This document shows positions 16,761 to 33,389 of a stretch of DNA of 64,000 bases, piece by piece. Each line of letters opens with the position of its first letter. Position 1 is the first letter of the stretch. Made by a program: the position numbers and the translations under genes. The DNA lies in assembly GCF_009914755.1 (NCBI RefSeq), contig NC_060937.1. One strand, 5' to 3'. This DNA is from the human T2T-CHM13v2.0 reference genome, Homo sapiens. The notes under the pieces are model-generated. The model saw only the letters and a program-made list of their open reading frames with translations, was not told where the DNA came from and did no database searches.

Positions 16761-18934
16761 AAGCATGTATTATATACTGTACATAAAATATGAAAGTACA
16801 TCAAATATATATTTTATTCTGTACATAAAATATCAAAGTACACCAGATATATATTCTATAGAGTACATAAAATATCAAAATACCCAAACTATTTCTTATA
16901 TACTGTACATAAAATATGAAATTACATCAAATATATATTATATTAGGTACATAAAATATGAAAGTACATCAAATATAGATTATATGCTGTACATTAAATA
17001 CCAAAGTACCCCAAATATATATTTTATACTGTACATGAAATATCAAAGTTCACAAACTATATATTATATACTGTACATAAAATATCAAAGTACCCAAGGT
17101 ATATATTCTATACTGTACAAAAAATATCAAAGTACCCAAAGCACGTATTATATACTGTACATAAAACATGAAAGCACATCAAATATATATTTTTTTCTGT
17201 ACATAAAATATCAAAGTACACCAGATATATATTCAATAGTGTACATAAAATAACAAAGTACAAAAACTATAAATTATATACTGTACATAAAATATGAAAT
17301 TACACCAAATATATATTAGGTACATAAAATATGAAAGTACATCAAATATAGATTATATACTGTACATATAATATCAATGTACCCCAAATATATATTTTAT
17401 ACTCTACATGAAATATCAAAGTTCACAAACCATATATTATATACTGTACATAAAATATCAAAGTACCCAAGGTATATATTCTATACTGTTCAAAAAATAT
17501 CAAAGTACCCAAAGCATGTATTATATACTGTATATAAAATATGAAAGTACATCAAATATATATTTTATTCTGTACATAAAATATCAATGTACACCAGATA
17601 TATATTATATAGTGTACATAAAATATCAAAGTACCCAAACTATACATTATATACTGTACATAAAATATGAAATTACATCAAATATATACTATATTAGGTC
17701 CATAAAATATGAAAGTACATCAAATATAGATTATATACTGTACATAAAATATCAAAGTACCCCAAATATATATTATATACTCTACATGAAATATCAAAGT
17801 TCACAAACTATATATTATATACTGTACATAAAACAAGGTACCCAAGGTACATATTCTATACTGTACAAAAAATATCAAAGTACCCAAAGCATGTATAATA
17901 TACTGTATATAAAATATGAAAGTACATCAAATATATTTTTTATTCTGTACATAAAATATCAAAGTACACCAGATATATATTCTATAGTGTACATAAAATA
18001 ACAAAGTACACAAACTATACATTATATACTGTACATAAAATATGAAATTACATCAAATATATATTAGGTACATAAAATATGAAAGTACATCAAATATAGA
18101 TTATATACTGTACATAAAATATCAATGTACCCCAAATATATATTTTATACTCTACATGAAATATCAAAGTTCACAAACCATATATTATATACTGTCCAGA
18201 GAATATCAAAGTACCCAAGGTATATATTGTATACTATACAAAAAATATCAAAGTACGCAAAGCATGTATTATATACTGTACCTAAAATATGAAAGTACAT
18301 CAAATATATATTTTATTCTGTACATAAAATATCAAAGTACACCAGATATATATTCTATAGTGTACATAAAATATCAAAGTACCCAAACTATACATTATAT
18401 ACTGTACATAAAATATGAGATTACATCAAATATATATTATATTAGGTACATAAAATATGAAAGTACATCAAATATAGATTATATACTGTACATAAAATAT
18501 CAAAGTACCCCAAATATATATTATATACTCTACAGGAAATATCAAAGTTCACACACTATATATTATATACTGTACATAAAATATCAAAGTACCCAAGGTA
18601 TATATTCTATACTGTACAAAAAATATCAAAGTACCCAAAGCATGTATTATATTCTGTATATAAAATATGAAAGTACATCAAATATATATTTTATTCTGTA
18701 CATAAAATATCAAATTACACCAGATATATATTCTATAGTGTACATAAAATAACAAAGTACACAAACTATAAATTATATACTGTACATAAAATATGAAATT
18801 ACATCAAATATATATTAGGTACATAAAATATGAAAGTACATCCAATATAGATTATATACTGTACATATAATATCAATGCACCCCAAATATATATTTTATT
18901 CTCTACATGAAATATCAAAGTTCAGAAACTATAT

Positions 18935-21900
18935 ATTATATACTGTACATAAAATATCAAAGTACCCAAGGTATATATTCTATACTGTACAAAAAATATC
19001 AAAGTACCCAAAGCATGTATTATATACTGTACATAAAATATGAAAGTACATAAAATATATATCTTATTCTGTACATAAAATATCAAAGTACACCAGATAT
19101 TTATTCTATAGTGTACATAAAATATCAAAGTACCCAAACTATACATTATATACTGTACATAAAATATGAAATTACATCAAATATATATTATATTAGTTAC
19201 ATAAAATATGAAAGTACATCAAATATAGATTATATACTGTACATAAAATATCAAAGTTCCCCAAATATATATTATATACTCTACATGAAATATCAAAGTT
19301 CACAAACTATATATTATATACTGTACATAAAATATCAAAGTACCCAAGGTATATATTCTATACTGCACAAAAATATCAAAGTACCCAAAGCATGTAGTAT
19401 ATACTGTATCTAAAATATGAAAGTACATCAAATATATATTTTATTCTGTACATAAAATATCAAAGTACACCAGATATATATTCTATAGTGTACATAAAAT
19501 AACAAAGTACACAAACTATAAATTATATACTGTACATAAAATATGAAATTACATCAAATATATACTAGGTACATAAAATATGAAAGTACATCAAATATAG
19601 ATTATATACTGTACATAAAATATCAATGTACCCCAAATATATATTTTATACTCTACATGAAATATGAAAGTTCACAAACCATATATTATATACTGTACAT
19701 AAAATATCAAAGTACCCAAGGTATATATTCTATACTGTACAAAAAATATCAAAGTACCCAAAGCATGTATTATATACTGTACATAAAATATGAAACTGCA
19801 TCAAATATATATTTTATTCTGTACAAAAAATATCAAAGTACACCAGACATATATTCTATAGTGTACATAAAATATCAAAGTACCCAAACTATACATTATA
19901 TACTGTACATAAAATATGAAATTACATCAAATACATATTAGGTACATAAAATATGAAAGTACATCAAATATAGATTATATACTGTACAAAAAATATCAAA
20001 GAACCCCAAATATATATTATATACTGTACATGAAATATCAAAGTTCACAAACTATATATTATATACTGTACATAAAATATCAAAGTACCCAAGGTATATA
20101 TTCTATACTGTACAAAAGATATCAAAGTACCCAAAGCATGTATTATATACTGTACATAAAATATGAAATTACCTCAAATATATATTTTATTCTGTACATA
20201 AAATATCAAAGTACACCAGATATATATTCTATAGTGTACATAAAATATCACAGTACCCAAACTATTTCTTATATACTGTACATAAAATATGAAATTACAT
20301 CAAATATATATTATATTAGGTACATAAAATATGAAAGTACATCAAATATAGATTATATGCTGTACATTAAATACCAAAGTACCCCAAATATATATTTTAT
20401 ACTGTACATGAAATATCAACGTTCACAAACTATATATTATATACTGTACATAAAATATCAAAGTACCCAAGTTATATATTCTATACTGTACAAAAAATAT
20501 CAAAGTACCCAAAGCACGTATTATGTACTGTACATAAAACATGAAAGTACATCAAATATATATTTTTTTCTGTACATAAAATATCAAAGTACACCAGATA
20601 TATATTCAATAGTGTACATAAAATAACAAAGTACAAAAACTATAAATTATATACTGTACATAAAATATGAAATTACACCAAATATATATTAGGTACATAA
20701 AATATGAAAGTACATCAAATATAGATTATATACTGTACATATAATATCAATGTACCCCAAATATATATTTTATACTCTACATGAAATATCAAAGTTCACA
20801 AACCATATATTATATACTGTACATAAAATATCAAAGTACCCAAGGTATATATTCTATAATGTACGAAAAATATCAAAGTACCCAAAGCATGTATTATATA
20901 CTGTATATAAAATATGAAAGTACATCAAATATATATTTTATGCTGTACATAAAATATCAATGTACACCAGATATATATTATATAGTGTACATAAAATATC
21001 AAAGTACCCAAACTATACATTATATATTGTACATAAAATATGAAATTACATCAAATATATACTATATTAGGTCCATAAAATATGAAAGTACATCAAATAT
21101 AGATTATATACTGTACATAAAATATCAAAGTACCCAAGGTATATATTCTATACTGTACAAAAAATATCAAAGTACCCAAAGCATGTATTATATACTGTAC
21201 ATAAAATATGAAAGTACATAAAATATATATCTTATTCTGTACATAAAATATCAAAGTACACCAGATATTTATTCTATAGTGTACATAAAATATCAAAGTA
21301 CCCAAACTATACATTATATACTGTACATAAAATATGAAATTACATCAAATATATATTATATTAGTTACATAAAATATGAAAGTACATCAAATATAGATTA
21401 TATACTGTACATAAAATATCAAAGTTCCCCAAATATATATTATATACTCTACATGAAATATCAAAGTTCACAAACTATATATTATATACTGTACATAAAA
21501 TATCAAAGTACCCAAGGTATATATTCTATACTGCACAAAAATATCAAAGTACCCAAAGCATGTAGTATATACTGTATCTAAAATATGAAAGTACATCAAA
21601 TATATATTTTATTCTGTACATAAAATATCAAAGTACACCAGATATATATTCTATAGTGTACATAAAATAACAAAGTACACAAACTATAAATTATATACTG
21701 TACATAAAATATGAAATTACATCAAATATATACTAGGTACATAAAATATGAAAGTACATCAAATATAGATTATATACTGTACATAAAATATCAATGTACC
21801 CCAAATATATATTTTATACTCTACATGAAATATGAAAGTTCACAAACCATATATTATATACTGTACATAAAATATCAAAGTACCCAAGGTATATATTCTA

Positions 21901-23303
21901 TACTGTACAAAAAATATCAAAGTACCCAAAGCATGTATTATATACTGTACATAAAATATGAAACTGCATCAAATATATATTTTATTCTGTACAAAAAATA
22001 TCAAAGTACACCAGACATATATTCTATAGTGTACATAAAATATCAAAGTACCCAAACTATACATTATATACTGTACATAAAATATGAAATTACATCAAAT
22101 ACATATTAGGTACATAAAATATGAAAGTACATCAAATATAGATTATATACTGTACAAAAAATATCAAAGAACCCCAAATATATATTATATACTGTACATG
22201 AAATATCAAAGTTCACAAACTATATATTATATACTGTACATAAAATATCAAAGTACCCAAGGTATATATTCTATACTGTACAAAAGATATCAAAGTACCC
22301 AAAGCATGTATTATATACTGTACATAAAATATGAAATTACCTCAAATATATATTTTATTCTGTACATAAAATATCAAAGTACACCAGATATATATTCTAT
22401 AGTGTACATAAAATATCACAGTACCCAAACTATTTCTTATATACTGTACATAAAATATGAAATTACATCAAATATATATTATATTAGGTACATAAAATAT
22501 GAAAGTACATCAAATATAGATTATATGCTGTACATTAAATACCAAAGTACCCCAAATATATATTTTATACTGTACATGAAATATCAACGTTCACAAACTA
22601 TATATTATATACTGTACATAAAATATCAAAGTACCCAAGTTATATATTCTATACTGTACAAAAAATATCAAAGTACCCAAAGCACGTATTATGTACTGTA
22701 CATAAAACATGAAAGTACATCAAATATATATTTTTTTCTGTACATAAAATATCAAAGTACACCAGATATATATTCAATAGTGTACATAAAATAACAAAGT
22801 ACAAAAACTATAAATTATATACTGTACATAAAATATGAAATTACACCAAATATATATTAGGTACATAAAATATGAAAGTACATCAAATATAGATTATATA
22901 CTGTACATATAATATCAATGTACCCCAAATATATATTTTATACTCTACATGAAATATCAAAGTTCACAAACCATATATTATATACTGTACATAAAATATC
23001 AAAGTACCCAAGGTATATATTCTATAATGTACGAAAAATATCAAAGTACCCAAAGCATGTATTATATACTGTATATAAAATATGAAAGTACATCAAATAT
23101 ATATTTTATGCTGTACATAAAATATCAATGTACACCAGATATATATTATATAGTGTACATAAAATATCAAAGTACCCAAACTATACATTATATATTGTAC
23201 ATAAAATATGAAATTACATCAAATATATACTATATTAGGTCCATAAAATATGAAAGTACATCAAATATAGATTATATACTGTACATAAAATATCAAAGTA
23301 CCC
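18935..23303 (+). repeat. Near-perfect 2168-bp tandem duplication
   Basis: Identical ORF pairs 19111/21279, 19543/21711 and 19916/22084, plus starts 20781/22949, are all offset 2168. Shared private variants include TTAGTTAC, GAAACTGCATC, CCAGACAT and TAATGTACGAAA. Confidence 0.95.
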
Positions 23304-24830
23304 CAAATATATATTATATACTCTACATGAAATATCAAAGTTCACAAACTATATATTATATACTGTACATAAAATAAAGTACCCAAGGTACATATTCTAT
23401 ACTGTACAAAAAATATCAAAGTACCCAAAGCATGTATAATATACTGTATATAAAATATGTAAGTACATCAAATATATATTTTATTCTGTACATAAAACAT
23501 CAAAGTACACCAGATATATATTCTATAGTGTACATAAAATAACAAAGTACACAAACTATACATTATATACTGTACATAAAATATGAAATTACATCAAATA
23601 TATATTAGGTACATAAAATATGAAAGTACATCAAATATAGATTATATACTGTACATAAAATATCAATGTACCCCAAATATATATTTTATACTCTACATGA
23701 AATATCAAAGTTCACAAACCATATATTATATACTGTCCAGAAAATATCAAAGTACCCAAGGTATATATTCTATACTATACAAAAAATATCAAAGTACGCA
23801 AAGCATGTATTATATACTGTACCTAAAATATGAAAGTACATCAAATATATATTTTATTCTGTACATAAAATATCAAAGTACACCAGATATATATTCTATA
23901 GTGTACATAAAATATCAAACTACCCAAACTATACATTATATACTGTACATAAAATATGAAATTACATCAAATATATATTATATTAGGTACATAAAATATG
24001 AAAGTACATCAAATATAGATTATATACTGTACATATAATATCAATGTACCCCAAATATATATTTTATTCTCTACATGAAATATCAAAGTTCAGAAACTAT
24101 ATATTATATACTGTACATAAAATATCAAAGTACCCAAGGTATATATTCTATACTGTACAAAAAATATCAAAGTACCCAAAGCATGTATTATGTACTGTAC
24201 ATAAAATATGAAAGTACATCAAATATATATTTTATTCTGTACATAAAATATCAAAGTACACCAGATATATATTCTATAGTGTACATAAAATATCAAAGTA
24301 CCCAAACTATACATTATATACTGTACATAAAATATGAAATTACATCAAATATATATTATATTAGGTACATAAAATATGAAAGTACATCAAATATAGATTA
24401 TATACTGTACATTAAATACCAAAGTACCCCAAATATATATTTTATACTGTACATGAAATATCAAAGTTCACACACTATATATCATATACTGTACATAAAA
24501 TATCAAAGTACCCAAGGTATATATTCTATACTCTACAAAAAATATCAAAGTACCCAAAGCATGTATTACAAACTGTACATAAAATATGAAAGTACATCAA
24601 ATATATATTTTATTCTGTACATAAAATATCAAAGTACACCAGATATATATTCTATAGTGTACATAAAATATCAAAGTACCCAAACTATACATTATATACT
24701 GTACATAAAATATGAAATTACATCAAATATATTTTATATTAGGTACATAAAATATGAAAGTACATCAAATATAGATTATATACTGTACATTAAATACCAA
24801 AGTACCCCAAATATATATTTTATACTGTAC

Positions 24831-25208
24831 ATGAAATATCAAAGTTCACACACTATATATTATATACTGTACATAAAATATCAAAGTACCCAAGGTATAT
24901 ATTCTATACTGTACAAAAAATATCAAAGTACCCAAAGCATGTATTATATACTGTACATAAAATATGAAAGTACATCAAATATATATTTTATTCTGTACAT
25001 AAAATATCAAAGTACACCAGATATATATTCTATAGAGTACATAAAATAACAAAGTACCCAAACTATACATTATATACTGTACATAAAATATGAAATTACA
25101 TCAAATATATATTATATTAGGTACATAAAATATGAAAGTACATCAAATATAGATTACATACTGTACATTAAATACCAAAGTACCCCAAATATATATTTTA
25201 TGCTGTAC
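24831..25208 (+). repeat. Representative full-length 378-bp 9-mer HOR unit
   Basis: ATGAAATATCAAAGTTCAC starts at 24831 and again at 25209, a period of 378 = 9 x 42. Confidence 0.95.
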
Positions 25209-28200
25209 ATGAAATATCAAAGTTCACACACTATATATTATATACTGTACATAAAATATCAAAGTACCCAAGGTATATATTCTATACTGTACAAAAAATA
25301 TCAAAGTACCCAAAGCATGTATTATATACTGTACATAAAATAGGAAAGTACATCAAATATATATTTTATTCTGTACATAAAATATCAAAGTACACCAGAT
25401 ATATATTCTATAGAGTACATAAAATATCAAAGTACCCAAACTATACATTATATACTGTACATAAAATATGAAATTACATCAAATATATATTATATTAGGT
25501 ACATAAAATATGAAAGTATATCAAATAAAGATTATATACTGTACATTAAATACGAAAGTACCCCAAATATATATTTTATACTGTACATGAAATATCAAAG
25601 TTCACACACTATATATCATATACTGTACATAAAATATCAAAGTACCCAAGGTATATATTCTATACTGTACAAAAAATATCAAAGTACCCAAAGCATGTAT
25701 TACAAACTGTACATAAAATATGAAAGTACATCAAATATATATTTTATTCTGTACATAAAATATCAAAGTACACCAGATATATATTCTATAGTGTACATAA
25801 AATATCAAAGTACCCAAACTATACATTATATACTGTACATAAAATATGAAATTACATCAAATATATATTATATTAGGTACATAAAATATGGAAGTACATC
25901 AAATATAGATTATATACTGCACATAATATATCAAAGTACCCCAAATATATATTATATACTCTACATGAAATATCAAAGTTCACAAACTATATATTATATA
26001 CTGTACATAAAATATCAAAGTACCCAAGGTATATATTCTATACTGCACAAAAAAATCAAAGTACCCAAAGCATGTATTATATACTGTACCTAAAATATGA
26101 AAGTACATCAAATATATATTTTATTCTGTACATAAAATATGAAAGTACACCAGATATATATTCTATAGTGTACATAAAATATCAAAGTACCCAAACTATA
26201 CTTTATATACTGTACATAAAATATGAGATTACATCAAATATATATTATATTAGGTACATAAAATATGAAAGTACATCAAATATAGATTATATACTGTACA
26301 TAAAATATCAAAGTACCCCAAATATATATTATATACTCTACAGGAAATATCAAAGTTCACACACTATATATTATATACTGTACATAAAATATCAAAGTAC
26401 CCAAGGTATATATTCTATACTGTACAAAAAATATCAAAGTACCCAAAGCATGTATTATATTCTGTATATAAAATATGAAAGTACATCAAATATATATTTT
26501 ATTCTGTACATAAAATATCAAATTACACCAGATATATATTCTATAGTGTACATAAAATAACAAAGTACACAAACTATAAATTATATACTGTACATAAAAT
26601 ATGAAATTACATCAAATATATATTAGGTACATAAAATATGAAAGTACATCAAATATAGATTATATACTGTACATATAATATCAATGTACCCCAAATATAT
26701 ATTTTATTCTCTACATGAAATATCAAAGTTCCCAAACCATATATTATATATTGTACATAAAATATCAAAGTACCCAAGTTATATATTCTATACTGTACAA
26801 AAAATATCAAAGTACCCAAAGCATGTATTATATACTGTACATAAAATATGAAAGTACATCAAATATATATTTTATTCTGTACATAAAATGTCAAAGTACA
26901 CCAGATATATATTCTATAGTGTACATAAAATATCAAAGTACCCAAACTATACATTATATACTGTACATAAAATATGAAATTACATCAAATATATATTAGG
27001 TACATAAAATATGAAAGTACATCAAATATAGATTATATACTGTACATAAAATATCAATGTACCCCAAATATATATTTTATACTCTACATGAAATATCAAA
27101 GTTCACAAACCATATCTTATATACTGTACATAAAATATCAAAGTACCCAAGGTATATATTCTATACTGTACAAAAAATATCAAAGTACCCAAAGCATGTA
27201 TTATATACTGTACCTAAAATATGAAAGTACATCAAATATATATATTATTCTGTACAGAAAATATCAAAGTACACCAGATATATATTCTATAGTGTACATA
27301 AAATATCAAAGTACCCAAACTATACATTATATACTGTACATAAAATATGAGATTACATCAAATATATATTATATTAGGTACATAAAATATGAAAGTACAT
27401 CAAATATAGATTATATACTGTACATAAAATATCAAAGTACCCCAAATATATATTATATACTCTACAGGAAATATCAAAGTTCACACACTATATATTATAT
27501 ACTGTACATAAAATATCAAAGTACCCAAGGTATATATTCTATACTGTACAAAAAATATCAAAGTACCCAAAGCATGTATTATATTCTGTATATAAAATAT
27601 GAAAGTACATCAAATATATATTTTATTCTGTACATAAAATATCAAATTACACCAGATATATATTCTATAGTGTACATAAAATAACAAAGTACACAAACTA
27701 TAAATTATATACTGTACATAAAATATGAAATTACATCAAATATATATTATATTAGGTACATAAAATATGAAAGTACATCAAATATAGATTGTATACTGTA
27801 CACTAAATACCAAAGTACCCCAAATATATATTTTATACTGTACATGAAATATCAAAGTTCACAAACTACATATTATATTCTGTACATAAAATATCAAAGT
27901 ACCCAACGTATATATTCTATACTGTACAAAAAATATCAAAGTACCCAAAGCATGTATAATATACTGTACATAAATATGAAAGTACATCAAATATATATAT
28001 TATTCTGTACATAAAATATCAAAGTACACCAGATATATATTCTATAGTGTACATAAAATATCAAAGTACCCAAACTATACATTATATACTGTAAATAAAA
28101 TGTGAAATTACATCAAATATATTTTATATTAGGTACATAAAATATGAAAGTACATCAAATATAGATTATATACTGTACATTATATACCAAAGTACCCCAA

Positions 28201-28968
28201 ATATATATTTTATACTGTACATGAAATATCAAAGTTCACAAACTATATATTATATACTGTATATAAAATATCAAAGTACCCAAGTTATATATTCTATACT
28301 GCACAAAAAATATCAAAGTACCCAAAGCATGTATTATATACTGTACATAAAATATGAAAGTACATCAAAAATATATTTAATTCTGTACTTAATATATCAA
28401 AGTACACCAGATATATATTCTATAGTGTACATAAAATAACAAAGTACACAAACTATAAATTATATACTGTACATAAAATATGAAATTACATCAAATATAT
28501 ATTAGGTACATAAAATATGAAAGTACATCAAATATAGATTATATACTGTACATAAAATATCAATGTACCCCAAATATATATTTTATACTATACATGAAAT
28601 ATCAAAGTTCACAAACCATATTTTGTATACTGTACATAAAATATCAAAGTACACAAGGTATATATTTTATACTCTACAAAAAATATCAAAGTACCCAAAG
28701 CATGTATTATATACTGTACATAAAATATGAATGTACATCAAATATATATTTTATTCTGTACATAAAATAACAAAGTACACCAGATATATATTCTAAAGTG
28801 TACATAAAATATCAAAGTACCCAAACTATACATTATATACTGTACATAAAATATGAAATTACATCAAATATATATTATATTAGGTACATAAAATATGAAA
28901 GTACGTCAAATATAGATTATATACTGTACATTAAATACCAAGGTACCCCAAATATATATTTTATACTG

Positions 28969-31900
28969 TACATGAAATATCAAAGTTCACAAACTATATA
29001 TTATATACTGTACATAAAATATCAAAGTACCCAAGGTATATATTCTATACTGTACAAAAAATATCAAAGTACCCAAAGCATGTATTATATACTGTATATA
29101 AAATATGAAAGTACATCAAATATATATTTTATTCTGTACATAAAATATCAAAGTACACCAGCTATATATTCTATAGTGTACATAAAATAACAAAGTAGAA
29201 AAACTATAAATTATATACTGTACATAAAATATGAAATTACATCAAATATATATTAGGTACATAAAATATGAAAGTACATCAAGTATAGATTACATACTGT
29301 ACATAAAATATCAATGTACCCCAAATATATATTTTATACTCGACATGAAATATCAAAGTTCACAAACCATATAATATATACTGTACATAAAATATCAAAG
29401 TACCCAAGGTATATATTCTATACTGTACAAAAAATATCAAAGTACCCAAAGCATGTATTATATACTGTACATAAAATATGAAAGTACATCAAATATATAT
29501 TTTATTCTGTACATAAAATATCAAAGTATACCAGATATATATTCTATAGTGTACATAAAATATCAAAGTACCCAAACTATACATTATATACTGTACATAA
29601 AATATGAAATTACATCAAATATATATTATATTAGGTACATAAAATATGAAAGTACAACAAATATAGATTATATACTGTACATTAAATACCAAAGTACCCC
29701 AAATATATATTTTATACTGTAGATGAAATATCAAAGTTCACAAACTATATATTATATACTGTACATATAATATCAAAGTACCCAAGGTATATATTCTATA
29801 CTGTACAAAAAATATAAAATTACCCAAAGCATGTATTATATACAGTACATAAAATATGAAAGTACATCAAATATATATTTTATTCTGTACATAAAATATC
29901 AAAGTACACCAGATATATATTCTATAGTGTACATAAAATAACAAACTACACAAACTATAAATTATATACTGTACATAAAATATGAAATGACATCAAATAT
30001 ATATTAGGTACATAAAATATGAAAGTACATCAAATATAGATTATATACTGTACATAAAATTTCAATGTACCCCAAATATATATTTTATACTCTACATGAA
30101 ATATCAAAGTTCACAAACCATATATTATATACTGTACATAAAATATCAAAGTACCCAAGGTATATATTCTATACTATACAAAAAATATCAAAGTACCCAA
30201 AGCATGTATTATATACTGTACATAAAATATGAAAGTACATCAAATATATATTTTATTCTGTACATAATATATCAAAGTACACCAGATATATATTCTATAG
30301 TGTACATAAAATAACAAAGTACACAAACTATACATTATATACTGTACATAAAATATGAAATTACATCAAATATATATTAGGTACATAAAATATGAAAGTA
30401 CATCAAATATAGATTATATACTGTACATAAAATATCAATGTACCCCAAATATATATTTTATACTATACATGAAATATCAAAGTTCACAAACCATATATTG
30501 TATACTGTACATAAAATATCAAAGTACCCAAGGTATATGTTCTATACTGTACAAAAAATATCAAAGTACCCAAAGCATGTATTATATACTGTACATAAAA
30601 TATGAAAGTACATCAAATATATATTTTATTCCGTTCATAAAATATCAAAGTACACCAGATATATATTCTATAGTGTACATAAAATATCAAAGTACACAAA
30701 CTATACATTATATACTGTACATAAAATATGAAATTACATCAAATATATATTATATAAGGTACACAAAATATGAAAGTACATCAAATATAGATTATATACT
30801 GTACATTAAATACCAAAGAACCCCAAATATATATTATATACTCTACATGAAATATCAAAGTTCACAAACTATATATTATATACTGTACATAAAATATCAA
30901 AGTACCCAAGGTATATATTCTATACTGTACAAAAAATATCAAAGTACCCAAAGCATGTATTATATACTGTATATAAAATATGAAAGTACATCAAATATAT
31001 ATTTTATTCTGTACATAAAATATCAAAGTACACCAGCTATATATTCTATAGTGTACATAAAATAACAAAGTAGAAAAACTATAAATTATATACTGTACAT
31101 AAAATATGAAATTACATCAAATATATATTAGGTACATAAAATATGAAAGTACATCAAGTATAGATTACATACTGTACATAAAATATCAATGTACCCCAAA
31201 TATATATTTTATACTTGACATGAAATATCAAAGTTCACAAACCATATAATATATACTGTACATAAAATATCAAAGTACCCAAGGTATATATTCTATACTG
31301 TACAAAAAATATCAAAGTACCCAAAGCATGTATTATATACTGTACATAAAATATGAAAGTACATCAAATATATATTTTATTCTGTACATAAAATATCAAA
31401 GTATACCAGATATATATTCTATAGTGTACATAAAATATCAAAGTACCCAAACTATACATTATATACTGTACATAAAATATGAAATTACATCAAATATATA
31501 TTATATTAGGTACATAAAATATGAAAGTACAACAAATATAGATTATATACTGTACATTAAATACCAAAGTACCCCAAATATATATTTTATACTGTAGATG
31601 AAATATCAAAGTTCACAAACTATATATTATATACTGTACATATAATATCAAAGTACCCAAGGTATATATTCTATACTGTACAAAAAATATAAAATTACCC
31701 AAAGCATGTATTATATACAGTACATAAAATATGAAAGTACATCAAATATATATTTTATTCTGTACATAAAATATCAAAGTACACCAGATATATATTCTAT
31801 AGTGTACATAAAATAACAAACTACACAAACTATAAATTATATACTGTACATAAAATATGAAATGACATCAAATATATATTAGGTACATAAAATATGAAAG

Positions 31901-32910
31901 TACATCAAATATAGATTATATACTGTACATAAAATTTCAATGTACCCCAAATATATATTTTATACTCTACATGAAATATCAAAGTTCACAAACCATATAT
32001 TATATACTGTACATAAAATATCAAAGTACCCAAGGTATATATTCTATACTATACAAAAAATATCAAAGTACCCAAAGCATGTATTATATACTGTACATAA
32101 AATATGAAAGTACATCAAATATATATTTTATTCTGTACATAATATATCAAAGTACACCAGATATATATTCTATAGTGTACATAAAATAACAAAGTACACA
32201 AACTATACATTATATACTGTACATAAAATATGAAATTACATCAAATATATATTAGGTACATAAAATATGAAAGTACATCAAATATAGATTATATACTGTA
32301 CATAAAATATCAATGTACCCCAAATATATATTTTATACTATACATGAAATATCAAAGTTCACAAACCATATATTGTATACTGTACATAAAATATCAAAGT
32401 ACCCAAGGTATATGTTCTATACTGTACAAAAAATATCAAAGTACCCAAAGCATGTATTATATACTGTACATAAAATATGAAAGTACATCAAATATATATT
32501 TTATTCCGTTCATAAAATATCAAAGTACACCAGATATATATTCTATAGTGTACATAAAATATCAAAGTACACAAACTATACATTATATACTGTACATAAA
32601 ATATGAAATTACATCAAATATATATTATATAAGGTACACAAAATATGAAAGTACATCAAATATAGATTATATACTGTACATTAAATACCAAAGAACCCCA
32701 AATATATATTATATACTCTACATGAAATATCAAAGTTCACAAACTATATATTATATACTGTACATAAAATATCAAAGTACCCAAGGTATATATTCTATAC
32801 TGTAAAAAAAATATCAAAGTACCCAAAGCATGTATTATATACTGTATATAAAATATGAAAGTACATCAAATATATATTTTATTCTGTACATAAAATATCA
32901 AAGTACACCA
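28969..32910 (+). repeat. Near-perfect 1875-bp tandem duplication (5 HORs: 2x378 + 3x373)
   Basis: ORF pairs 29453/31328, 30096/31971 and 30355/32230 are offset 1875. Markers ACCAGCTATA, AGTAGAAAAA, GAAATGACATC and TATAAAATTACC occur in both copies. Confidence 0.94.
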
Positions 32911-33389
32911 GATATATATTCTATAGTGTACATAAAATATCAAAGTACCCAAACTATACATTATATACTGTACATAAAATATGAAATTACATCAAATATA
33001 TATTATATTAGGTACATAAAATATGAAAGTACATCAAATATAGATTATATACTGTACATTAAATACCAAAGTACCCCAAATATATATTTTATACTGTACA
33101 CGAAATATCAAAGTTCACAAACTTTATATTATATACTGTACATAAAATATCAAAGTACCCAAGGTATATATTCTATACTGTACAAAAAATATCAAAGTAC
33201 CCAAAGCATGTATTATATACTGTACCTAAAATATGAAAGTACATCAATATATATTTTATTCTGTACATAAAATATCAAAGTACACCAGATATATATTCTA
33301 TAGTGTACATAAAATATCAAAGTACCCAAACTATACATTATATACTGTACATAAAATATGAAATTACATCAAATATATTTTATATTAGG

